From Candidatus Muiribacterium halophilum (lineage in GTDB: Bacteria > Muiribacteriota > Muiribacteriia > Muiribacteriales > Muiribacteriaceae), in the NCBI GenBank assembly GCA_023228995.1, contig JALOAD010000015.1:2737-66736 (forward strand): 64,000 bases of DNA, written 5' to 3'. Made by a program: the position numbers and the translations under genes. Under the pieces are notes generated by a model that saw nothing but the letters and a program-made list of their open reading frames with translations, made no database searches and was not told the origin of the DNA. Positions 48,115 through 56,444 of the stretch are shown here, piece after piece. Numbering within the stretch: the stretch's first letter is position 1; each line of letters begins with the position of its first letter.

Positions 48115-49263
48115 CTATTGCTTAAAGTTTTTTTTATAAATATAAAATTTATTGTCTGATATTTGTTCTTGAAATATTATTTTTTCATCATCAAATAACA
48201 GATTATTAAGACTTGCAGGTAAAATATTTCCATAACAAAAAACCGGTTTTTCTTTATCTTTTAAATCGTAAACAAATAAATAATCTCTACTATTATTAGA
48301 ACATATAAATCCAAAATAATTATTGTTAATAGCATAATCTTGTATTTTATATAAATTGTTAAATGAATTTAATAAATTAAAACTCAATCCATTATTTTCG
48401 CTCTTATATAAACTAAGCAATTTATTATTATCGATTACTATATATAAATTACCACCACTTTCAAATATATGTTTTTCTCCATCAGTTAAAGTATTTATAA
48501 CTGGTTTTTTTACAAATGTTCTACCATTATTATAGCTAAAAAAACTAAAACAAGAATTATCTTTTATAAATGAAAAAGATAAAATGTTTTTTACAGAACT
48601 TAAAGCTATGTTTTTAATATCATCAATTTTTTCAAATTCTATAAAATTAGAATATATATTATTCAAATCTTTGTCAGCAACACTTATATAAATACCTTTT
48701 CTTTCATCAATAAATGATTTTTTAGTAGCATCAACTTCATAAAGAGTATGATCTTGTTTTTGAACAATATTACTATCTTTATATTTTTCAATAATATGGT
48801 TTATTTTATTATTATATTCAAAATATATAGAAGGAGTCTTTTTTGACATTATAATATGCTTTTCATCTATTAAATAATTATCAATATCCCAAAAAGGATT
48901 TGTATAAATACCAAAATATTCATCAAATGAATCAGAATATTTTATAAAAGATTTTTCTGCTTTTAAATCTTTTTTAGAAATAATTTCACATGCATAAGGT
49001 TTTTTTAATAAATTTATACATTTAGGAATTTCAAGTTTTTTTATATTAAAATCTTTTGTAACAACATTTAATTTTATAATATTATACTTTTCATCAATAA
49101 TAAATAAATTTTCATTATTTAAAGCTATATTAAAAAACCCCATATTTGATTCATAAGAGTAAATTTTATGTATATCTGAGTATATATTAATATAATATGC
49201 TGAAAATATTGCTAGAATAAAAAAAATAAATAAAAGTACTAAAAATCGTTTATATTTTTTCAT
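48115..49263 (-). CDS. Hypothetical membrane-anchored protein with Asp-box (BNR)-like motifs
   Basis: N-terminal TM; SYNNGRTF and SENNGLSF resemble SxDxGxTW. Confidence 0.5.
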   Translation of the reverse strand: MKKYKRFLVLLFIFFILAIFSAYYINIYSDIHKIYSYESNMGFFNIALNNENLFIIDEKYNIIKLNVVTKDFNIKKLEIPKCINLLKKPYACEIISKKDLKAEKSFIKYSDSFDEYFGIYTNPFWDIDNYLIDEKHIIMSKKTPSIYFEYNNKINHIIEKYKDSNIVQKQDHTLYEVDATKKSFIDERKGIYISVADKDLNNIYSNFIEFEKIDDIKNIALSSVKNILSFSFIKDNSCFSFFSYNNGRTFVKKPVINTLTDGEKHIFESGGNLYIVIDNNKLLSLYKSENNGLSFNLLNSFNNLYKIQDYAINNNYFGFICSNNSRDYLFVYDLKDKEKPVFCYGNILPASLNNLLFDDEKIIFQEQISDNKFYIYKKNFKQ

Positions 49264-49840
49264 AATTAAGCTTCTCCTTTATATTTTTATAAAATAAATT
49301 ACTTTGTTTTTTTAAACAGTTCATTTTATTAGAGATTTTTCCTTTTAAAACAATACTATTTAGAAATTCAATATTAAATAATACATTATAACAACATGCA
49401 TTTAAAGCACATTTCAAAAAATCAACTCCAGACATTATATCACATTCAGTATTATTAATATAATTTTGTGTTATTTCTTCTGTTAAAGAAAATACAATTA
49501 AAATATTTTCTATAATTTCAAGAGGAATTTCACAACTTTCTAAAACAACTTTTTCTTTATACTCATTTGAAAGTTCTTCAAATTTAAGAAATTTTTCAAA
49601 AATATAGCTATCTTTATTCATAAGAATAAACAAATTACCTTTTATTAAATCAAGTTTTTCAATATAATTATAAAAAATATCTTTTACATTATCATTATTT
49701 TTTAAAATAATTACACAAGACATTCTTATTAGAGAAATACCTAAATTTGCAACATAACACGCTGAAGCTCCACCACCAGGTGGATTTTTAGAATTACCAA
49801 CATTAAAAGCAAAATCAAAAAGATTCATTTTTTCAAGCAT
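49250..49840 (-). CDS. Cyclodeaminase/cyclohydrolase (FTCD C-terminal) family protein
   Basis: PPGGGASAC..LG.SL..M, D...F, SCEIPLEI, CDIMSG..L..A. Confidence 0.75.
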   Translation of the reverse strand: MLEKMNLFDFAFNVGNSKNPPGGGASACYVANLGISLIRMSCVIILKNNDNVKDIFYNYIEKLDLIKGNLFILMNKDSYIFEKFLKFEELSNEYKEKVVLESCEIPLEIIENILIVFSLTEEITQNYINNTECDIMSGVDFLKCALNACCYNVLFNIEFLNSIVLKGKISNKMNCLKKQSNLFYKNIKEKLNYEKI

Positions 49841-49849
49841 ATAAAATCC

Positions 49850-50827
49850 TCAAATAAAAAATTCATTTATTCTTTTGATTTCTTCATGGATTTCATTGTC
49901 TTTAGGCTTTCGTGGAAAATTATACCAATCACCAGTAACTTTTTCATTATAAAAAGGTCTATTACAACCTTCGCAACCACTTGTTCTAAAAAACTCTCCA
50001 TCCCCAAGAATTCCTGGAATTTTTTTATAATTTACTTTTTTTACAAAATTATTTTCATCAAAAACAATATCATTAAATTCAATTTCTTTTTTCTTTAAAA
50101 GATAAAATATAGCCTGACATAATCTATAATATTTAATATCAGGGGATTTTTTTTCCTCTAAATATCCTTTCTTTTTAATAGGAGTATAAGCAAAAAGACT
50201 TACATTAATTTGTTTTAAAAGAAAAGAGTTTATTAACGAGAAAAGTTCATAACTAGTCTCACCTAAACCAATAATCAAATGAGCAGATATTCTATCTGGA
50301 AATTTTTCAACAGATTCATATAAAAACTCAATATTTTTTTTAAAATTTTTATGTTTTATAAAGAAAAATTCTTTTTCTGAAGCTACATCTATTGCAATAC
50401 CAATTCTATTAACACCACATTCAATAAACTTATACATAAGTTCTGGATAATTCATAAGATCTATAGAAACATTTATATTTATATTAAATTTAATATTATC
50501 TCTTAAATATTTAATAATATTTAATGTCATAATTGAGGTTTTCTCAGATTTTGTAACTTGAATGCATATATTTTTAAATTTATAACCTTTTTTATTAAAA
50601 GCTTGAACAAAAGTATAAATATCGAATTCAGGCCACATTACTCTTGAAAGCCTTGTTTCGCCTTCAGATTGAGAACAAAACTCACAATTATTATTACATT
50701 TATCACCAAACATTAAATAAGCAGTAGTTGGATCAACAAGATTTTTAACCCTATTCAAACCAAGAACAGCTCCAGTTCCCTGAGATATTTTTATTTTATA
50801 AAACACAACATTCATAACTATACTCAA
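49850..50827 (-). CDS. lipS2: Radical SAM protein, LipS2-type lipoyl synthase subunit
   Basis: CNNNCEFCSQ (CxxxCxxC), LSRVMWP, HLIIGLGET, FAYTP, C-terminal TSGCEGCNRPFYNE. Confidence 0.7.
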   Translation of the reverse strand: MSIVMNVVFYKIKISQGTGAVLGLNRVKNLVDPTTAYLMFGDKCNNNCEFCSQSEGETRLSRVMWPEFDIYTFVQAFNKKGYKFKNICIQVTKSEKTSIMTLNIIKYLRDNIKFNININVSIDLMNYPELMYKFIECGVNRIGIAIDVASEKEFFFIKHKNFKKNIEFLYESVEKFPDRISAHLIIGLGETSYELFSLINSFLLKQINVSLFAYTPIKKKGYLEEKKSPDIKYYRLCQAIFYLLKKKEIEFNDIVFDENNFVKKVNYKKIPGILGDGEFFRTSGCEGCNRPFYNEKVTGDWYNFPRKPKDNEIHEEIKRINEFFI

Positions 50828-51593
50828 TTAAAAATTTATTTTCTAAAGCATATTTTTCAGCTTCTTTTGAAGGCATTACAATTTTATCAACACCAAGCTT
50901 TAAAGCTTCAATATCAAGCTTTCTTCTATAAATCCCACCAGGTCTCATACAACCAAGAGAAACATTTTTAATTTTACTTTTTCCATACTTTATAATATCA
51001 AGAACATCTTCAATATTAGGCGATTTAAATAATGCAAAATCAGTATTTTTATTTACTATAAGAACTAAAAAAACAATTTCATCAAATCTTTCAGATAAAT
51101 AATCAATAGCTTGTTTTTCACCTAAAATTTCACCTTCATTCACTCCAATCATAACATGAGGAACAACTCTTATTTTATTTTTTAAAAAATTATCAATAGA
51201 ATGAGTAAAATCCTTTTGAGTAAAAAAATCACCATATATTCTTTTGATTGTTTCTTTATGAATTAAAAAATCAAAAGATACGCAATCTGCAATTTCTTTA
51301 AGCTTAATAAAATCAGAATTGTTTTTTATTATACCTGTATGAATATTTAATTTGATATTTTTATTTTTTAAATCTAAAAGTTCATTAAAATGTTCTATAA
51401 AAGGAACACAACCTTTATCGTTCATACCACCGCTTACAAGTATAGAAGAATATTTATCATTTTTTATATCACTAATTTTTTTCATATTTATAAGATAATG
51501 TTTATTACAATAAGGACAATTAAGAAAACAATTTTTATTAGTAAGAGATATTGAAATAGTTTGTGAAGGTTTTACAAATTTAATATTATTCAC
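50796..51593 (-). CDS. lipS1: Radical SAM protein, LipS1-type lipoyl synthase subunit
   Basis: CFLNCPYC, LVSGG, NIHTG, VPHVMIG, LGCMRP and terminal ECC; GTG at 51593 overlapping the BMC stop is the likely start (ORF track 51680). Confidence 0.7.
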   Translation of the reverse strand: MNNIKFVKPSQTISISLTNKNCFLNCPYCNKHYLINMKKISDIKNDKYSSILVSGGMNDKGCVPFIEHFNELLDLKNKNIKLNIHTGIIKNNSDFIKLKEIADCVSFDFLIHKETIKRIYGDFFTQKDFTHSIDNFLKNKIRVVPHVMIGVNEGEILGEKQAIDYLSERFDEIVFLVLIVNKNTDFALFKSPNIEDVLDIIKYGKSKIKNVSLGCMRPGGIYRRKLDIEALKLGVDKIVMPSKEAEKYALENKFLIEYSYECCVL

Positions 51594-52401
51594 GTCTGTC
51601 TGGACATTCAAGATCATCACAGAGTGCACATATGTAATTACAATCTTTTCTTTTTTCTTTTTCTTTTTCCTTCTTAACACCTACAACTTCTTGAGATTTT
51701 TTCATTTCATTTTTTGTTTGATTTTTTATTTCAACAATTACTGCTTTAGGTTTTTCTTTTATTTCTTCTTCTTCTTTTTCTTCTTTTTTTTCTTCTTCTT
51801 CTTGTTTTTCAATAAAATCACTATAAACATTTTTATATTCTTCATTTATATCAGATAAATTCTCATCTTTTATAATATTCGGAATTTCTATATTTTCTTC
51901 AATTATTTTTATATCTTCATCTTTTACAAATTCCAGATTATCAATTGTTTCTTCTCTTGCCGCTTCTTCTCTTGCCGCTTCTTCTTTCACAGTTTCTTCT
52001 CTCACAGTTTCTTCTCTCACAGCTTCTTCTTTCACAGCTTCTTCTTTCACAGCTTCTTCTTTCACAGCTTCTTCTCTCACAGCTTCTTCTCTCACAGCTT
52101 TTTTTCTCACCGGAGCATATTGACTTCCCATGTATTTTTCACCATTTATAATACCAATTAGCTGAGAATCAGGTTTAGCAATAACATGACTTGAAATAAG
52201 AGTATTATATTTTGTTGCTACTTCAATACCACATTGTATAGATGATTGAACCGCACCAACATCACCTTCAATCTTTATAGTTACACAACCAAAATTTGCT
52301 TCATAATTTAATAATTTAACATCTGCTGCTTTAAGGCAAGCATCTAAAGTTTCTATAGAACTTGAAAAACCCTTTATCTCAATCATTCCCAAAGCTTTCA
52401 T
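51586..52401 (-). CDS. BMC-H shell protein with repetitive acidic linker and Cys-rich C-terminus (PduK-like)
   Basis: ALGMIEIKG..DACLKAADV..IEGDVGAVQSS..SHVIAKP; tail CNYICALCDDLECP. Confidence 0.85.
   Translation of the reverse strand: MKALGMIEIKGFSSSIETLDACLKAADVKLLNYEANFGCVTIKIEGDVGAVQSSIQCGIEVATKYNTLISSHVIAKPDSQLIGIINGEKYMGSQYAPVRKKAVREEAVREEAVKEEAVKEEAVKEEAVREETVREETVKEEAAREEAAREETIDNLEFVKDEDIKIIEENIEIPNIIKDENLSDINEEYKNVYSDFIEKQEEEEKKEEKEEEEIKEKPKAVIVEIKNQTKNEMKKSQEVVGVKKEKEKEKRKDCNYICALCDDLECPDRRE
51946..52110 (-). repeat. 15-bp coding tandem repeat (about 11 units, EE[A/T][V/A][K/R])
   Basis: cacagcttcttct(c/t)t units read directly. Confidence 0.95.
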
Positions 52402-52410
52402 GAAAAAAAC

Positions 52411-52686
52411 CTACCCTGTTATATTAAATTCGTTGTATTTACCCGTACTATTATAATACTGAACACTTACTTTTTCAACATTTGAATGTACCGACCCCTT
52501 TTTTACCGACTCAATAAACATTTTAACCTGCACATCATTTCCTTCACAGCAAATTGTAACAGATCTATCAGGATTATTTCTTACAAAACCAGTCAAGCTT
52601 AGATTTTTTGCTATATTATAAACAAAATGTCTAAATCCAACTCCTTGAACTTTTCCTCTAACAGTAATTTGAGCAGCTTTTGGCAT
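52411..52686 (-). CDS. acyP: Acylphosphatase
   Basis: VRGKVQGVGFR, LTGFVRNNPDRSV, GS. Confidence 0.95.
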   Translation of the reverse strand: MPKAAQITVRGKVQGVGFRHFVYNIAKNLSLTGFVRNNPDRSVTICCEGNDVQVKMFIESVKKGSVHSNVEKVSVQYYNSTGKYNEFNITG

Positions 52687-52718
52687 ATTATTTACCTCTC
52701 AGTAAATCATAAAATTAA

Positions 52719-52747
52719 ATACTACAACACATCGAAGAAATAGACAA
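52719..52747 (-). promoter_or_regulatory. Sigma70-like promoter TTGTCT-17-TAGTAT for the acyP-BMC-lipS operon
   Basis: Minus-strand TTGTCT 52742-52747 and TAGTAT 52719-52724. Confidence 0.5.
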
Positions 52748-52755
52748 GAATTTAT

Positions 52756-53271
52756 AAAAAAATCTACTCGATAACTTGAGTGAACGTTGCGAAGCATATA
52801 ATATACGGATGTATTATAAGTGAACGAAGGTAACAGAGGCTGTTGAAAAACTAAAAAGAAGAAACATTGATGCAGAATAGGGTCTGTGCCGATCTCAAAT
52901 TTTAGCTTACATAGGTCGGCCTGACCATGCTGTTTGATTTTAAAGTTAAGTTTAAAAAAAAGAAAACCTGTTTTTTTCAACAGCCTCTAAAATACCGAAT
53001 GATTATTTTTTTGCGTTATTGTAATGATAAAAAAATCAAAAACAGATCCCGGCTCAGAATCATGCCGGGATGACATTTTCTCAGAATAGTACCGGAATGA
53101 CATTTTCTCAGAATAGTACCGGAATGACAGGTTTTTAATTTCCAATGTCGAATTAAAAGAAAAAACTTTGAAGCTGTGACAGATAAAGCGTGACATGTCA
53201 CTTTGTGACATTAGTAACAAAAACAAAGTCATGCCGGGATGACAGTTTCTCAGAATCATGCATGGATGACA
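52756..53271. repeat. Mosaic hairpin repeat, copy B (M1-MITE-M2-27mers-M3-M4-27mer)
   Basis: Modules nearly identical to 20460-20851; 27-bp units CTCAGAAT(CATG/AGTA)CCGGRATGACATTTT at 53053, 53080, 53107 and 53249. Confidence 0.85.
52835..52988. mobile_element. 154-bp MITE-like element with perfect 16-bp terminal inverted repeats
   Basis: AGAGGCTGTTGAAAAA (52835-52850) / TTTTTCAACAGCCTCT (52973-52988); absent from copy A; no ORF and no clear target duplication. Confidence 0.7.
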
Positions 53272-53313
53272 TTATATTAATTTTTTGTTTATTTAATCAT
53301 AGAACTCTATTAT

Positions 53314-53341
53314 TAATCTTTTCAATTTTATTTGCCGATAA
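53314..53341 (+). promoter_or_regulatory. Putative sigma28 (FliA/SigD) promoter of flgBC
   Basis: Perfect -10 GCCGATAA at 53334-53341; imperfect -35 TAAT 16 nt upstream. Confidence 0.55.
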
Positions 53342-53375
53342 TAGAATTATAATAATATTTAATGAGAGGATGCCA

Positions 53376-53795
53376 ATGATTTCAAGACTAGAGTCAGCAA
53401 AAACTTTAAGACTTCTTGAACAAGGACTTGATTGTGCTTCTTTTAGACATAGAATAATCTCAAACAATATCGCAAATGTTGATACTCCAGGGTTTAAAAT
53501 ATCTGGTGTAAAGTTTGAAGATAAATTAAGAAAAGTTTTAAACGATGATGGTATAAAAGGAGTCAGAACTCACGCAAATCACATGCCTGTTGGACTTCCA
53601 CAATATAATGAAGTTATTCCACAAAAAATCATGTTCACAGATACTAATTATAGAAACGATAAAAACAATGTTGATATTGATGTTGAAATGGCAAAAATGA
53701 GTAAAAACTCTATTTATTATGAAGCATGTATAACAAGAACAAATAGTTTTTTCACTAATCTTGATGAAGCTATAACTAAAGGCGGAGGTAGATAA
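53376..53795 (+). CDS. flgB: Flagellar basal-body rod protein FlgB
   Basis: RHRIISNNIANVDTPGFK, RNDKNNVDIDVEM; ATG 53376 after GAGAGGA (ORF-track extension is translated repeat). Confidence 0.95.
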   Translation: MISRLESAKTLRLLEQGLDCASFRHRIISNNIANVDTPGFKISGVKFEDKLRKVLNDDGIKGVRTHANHMPVGLPQYNEVIPQKIMFTDTNYRNDKNNVDIDVEMAKMSKNSIYYEACITRTNSFFTNLDEAITKGGGR

Positions 53796-53797
53796 AA

Positions 53798-54241
53798 ATG
53801 AGAATATTTGGAGCAATTGATGCTGCATCTTCAGGTCTTACAGCTCAGAGATTAAGAATGGACTGTATTTCAAACAATATAGCTAATGTTAATACAACTA
53901 GAACTAAAGAAGGTGGACCTTATAGAAGACAAGTTCCTGTGTTTTTACCAAGACAAGAGCAAAAATTTAATATACCATTTCCACCAAGAAAAGGTATTGA
54001 TTCAATAGGAGAAGGAGTAAGAATTGGAGGAATTCAATCTGATAATTCTGAATTAAGAAAAGTTTTTGAACCTGGTCATCCTGATGCTGACAAAGACGGT
54101 TATGTACAGTATCCAAATGTTCAGATAGTCAAAGAAATGGTTGACATGATATCTGCAAATAGATCTTATGAAGCAAATGTATCTACAATAACTACAGCGC
54201 AAAACATGGCACAAAAAGCAATTGGTATTGGTAGTCGTTAA
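53798..54241 (+). CDS. flgC: Flagellar basal-body rod protein FlgC
   Basis: SGLTAQRLRMDCISNNIAN, GPYRR, PGHPDADKDGYVQYPNV, EMVDMISANRSYEAN. Confidence 0.97.
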   Translation: MRIFGAIDAASSGLTAQRLRMDCISNNIANVNTTRTKEGGPYRRQVPVFLPRQEQKFNIPFPPRKGIDSIGEGVRIGGIQSDNSELRKVFEPGHPDADKDGYVQYPNVQIVKEMVDMISANRSYEANVSTITTAQNMAQKAIGIGSR

Positions 54242-54870
54242 TGACAGCTAATATTAATTGGGTAACTGCATTTGTAACGATTTTTACAATAATAGATCCT
54301 TTTGGTCTAATTCCAATATTTCTTGGAGTAGCTGGAAAACTTGAAAAAAAACAAAGGATTAAAACAATTTTTTTATCATGTACAATAGCATTGATTGTTT
54401 CTTCGTTTTTTTTATTTTTAGGAAAACCTTTATTAAAAGTATTAGGACTATCTTTTGAAAGTTTTTATATAGCAGGAGGAATATTACTTTTTCTTGTAGC
54501 ATTAGATATGCTTTTTGCAAGGCCAAGAAGAACAAGAAACTCTCCTGAAGAACAGGATGAAATAACTGATAATTATCTTGACATTTCAGTGTTTCCTCTT
54601 GCAATACCAATGCTTGCAGGACCAGGGACAATTGCTACAATAATAATGTTCGCTTCTTCAGCAAAAAACATATTGGATTACGCAATAATTTTTGGATGTT
54701 TCGCAGTTTCACTATTAATATGCATGTTTTCAATGTTGTTTTCTGAATTTATTTTAAAATTACTAAAAAACACTGGACTAAATGTTATAGACAGACTTAT
54801 GGGAATGATACTTTCAGCTATGGCTGTACAATTTGTTTTAAATGCATTAAAAAATCTTTCGATTATTTAA
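54241..54870 (+). CDS. MarC family membrane protein
   Basis: IIDPFG..P.F, FYIAGGILLF, VFPLAIPMLAGPG, RLMGMIL.AMAVQF. Confidence 0.92.
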   Translation: MTANINWVTAFVTIFTIIDPFGLIPIFLGVAGKLEKKQRIKTIFLSCTIALIVSSFFLFLGKPLLKVLGLSFESFYIAGGILLFLVALDMLFARPRRTRNSPEEQDEITDNYLDISVFPLAIPMLAGPGTIATIIMFASSAKNILDYAIIFGCFAVSLLICMFSMLFSEFILKLLKNTGLNVIDRLMGMILSAMAVQFVLNALKNLSII

Positions 54871-55710
54871 AGATATTTTTATAAAAATTAACAATAAAAG
54901 AAATAATAATAATTTCCATTCTATATAACTTTTTTCCCATAAAAATTTTGAATCAAAATGTTCATGTTTATGATGATGATGTTCATCTTTATCATGATTG
55001 TGAAAAACACCATGTTCACCATCTTCTATAAAATAAACAGGATGTTCTTCATGAAATTCACTATCTGAAAAATTAAATTTAATTTTCATATCTTTTATAA
55101 CATTATCATAAAATTCAAACTGTTCATTATTTTCTGTAGTTTTATATAACATACGTAACATTTTAATGTAATTTCCGTAAAATAAATATTCTAATGGATC
55201 TTCTTTTTCAACCTTTTTTGTCTTTGAAAGCTCAAAAGCTATGAGAAGCGCTTGTTCAGCATTTTCATAATCTTTTGTAAAAAAAAGATTAATAAATCCA
55301 ATTTCACCAAGTATTTTATGAATTTTATTATGTTTTGGATTTTTATGAATAAATTCGTTAAGTATATTTAAAGCTTTATCATAATTTTTTAAATTTTTTG
55401 AATACATATAAGAAAGGTATATTGCTCCAATGTGATTATCTTTACTTAATGTATTAAACATTTCAAGCATTGATATCTGCTTGTAAATATCATTTCTAAA
55501 ATCCTTTTTTATATGATAGAATTCATCAATTCTTACCCATAATATAGAAGCATAATATTTTTGAAAAGCATTTTTTAATATTCTAACAATATAAAAATCA
55601 TCAAATTCATTGTTTTTAGTAAAGTTATATTTTGGAAAATAAAAAACATTAATTAAAATAAAACTAATTAAAAAAATTAAAAATATATTTCTTTTACTAG
55701 TTAATATCAT
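54847..55710 (-). CDS. Membrane protein with TPR-like helices and His-rich segment (pilin-ABC associated)
   Basis: Terminal TM helices, ILWVRIDEFYH, HGVFHNHDKDEHHHHKHEH. Confidence 0.55.
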   Translation of the reverse strand: MILTSKRNIFLIFLISFILINVFYFPKYNFTKNNEFDDFYIVRILKNAFQKYYASILWVRIDEFYHIKKDFRNDIYKQISMLEMFNTLSKDNHIGAIYLSYMYSKNLKNYDKALNILNEFIHKNPKHNKIHKILGEIGFINLFFTKDYENAEQALLIAFELSKTKKVEKEDPLEYLFYGNYIKMLRMLYKTTENNEQFEFYDNVIKDMKIKFNFSDSEFHEEHPVYFIEDGEHGVFHNHDKDEHHHHKHEHFDSKFLWEKSYIEWKLLLFLLLLIFIKISLNNRKIF

Positions 55711-56444
55711 ATTTCCTTTCTCTCAAAAAAATAAGAAAAAATATTTATTATTAAAAAAGAATATAAAAATGAAAAAATCAATATATATATAATATAAGTA
55801 AATGGAATGTGTTTTCCTGATATATAAGCTCTTATTATCTCAGAATAAAAATTAGAATCAGGTATTAAAAAACCAGATATTTTTTTAAGAAAAATATACT
55901 GAGTATTTGTTGATATATTTAAAACAACAGTATAAAAAAATAAAAAATAACTTAAAAAAAAGCCTTTAATAAAAGAAAAAACAAGAAATATACCAGATAT
56001 TATAGAAATCCATACAAAAAATTTCAAAAGATAACTTATAAAAACATAAATAAATGCAAGCTTTAATCCATCAAAAACAACACTTTCAAAAAATAATAAC
56101 AAAAATATAATCAATAAATTTAAAGATAAAGTTAAAAAAATACCTTTTATTTTCCCAATAAAATACTTTTGTTTTGAAATTCCTCTTCCTAAAAGTAAAT
56201 AAATTCTTTTTTCTTTTAAATCCACACCAATTTCAGAATATATCCATAATACAAGGAAAAAAAACACTAAAAAAGATAAAAATGATAAGTTAATTCCAAT
56301 AAATATTTCCCAAACAAAATGTTCTGAAAGAGTATTTATGTAAATATAACTTAAAAGATTAAACAATAAAAAAAATACAATCAATGAATAGCTTTTTTTC
56401 TTAAATAAAGATATAAAAGTATATTTTGAAATAGTATCTAACAT
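55707..56444 (-). CDS. ABC-2-type permease-like membrane protein
   Basis: Six hydrophobic segments, EKRIYLLLGRGISKQKYFIGK motif; follows the ABC ATPase. Confidence 0.75.
   Translation of the reverse strand: MLDTISKYTFISLFKKKSYSLIVFFLLFNLLSYIYINTLSEHFVWEIFIGINLSFLSFLVFFFLVLWIYSEIGVDLKEKRIYLLLGRGISKQKYFIGKIKGIFLTLSLNLLIIFLLLFFESVVFDGLKLAFIYVFISYLLKFFVWISIISGIFLVFSFIKGFFLSYFLFFYTVVLNISTNTQYIFLKKISGFLIPDSNFYSEIIRAYISGKHIPFTYIIYILIFSFLYSFLIINIFSYFFERKEI

Noticed and set aside
51594-51680. Basic N-terminal extension of LipS1 or programmed frameshift fusing BMC to LipS1
   Set aside because: The extension is the off-frame reading of the BMC 3' end; a GTGAATAA start/stop overlap explains the junction and no slippery site with downstream structure was seen
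53053-53271. CRISPR array
   Set aside because: The 27-bp units are head-to-tail with no unique spacers, and there are no cas genes in the window
52699-53375. Short ORFs 52699-52980, 52987-53259, 53016-53201, the flgB N-terminal extension, and 20666-20863
   Set aside because: They are translations of the non-coding repeat (CHPGMT, RYYSEKMS) in several frames with no RBS or family motif
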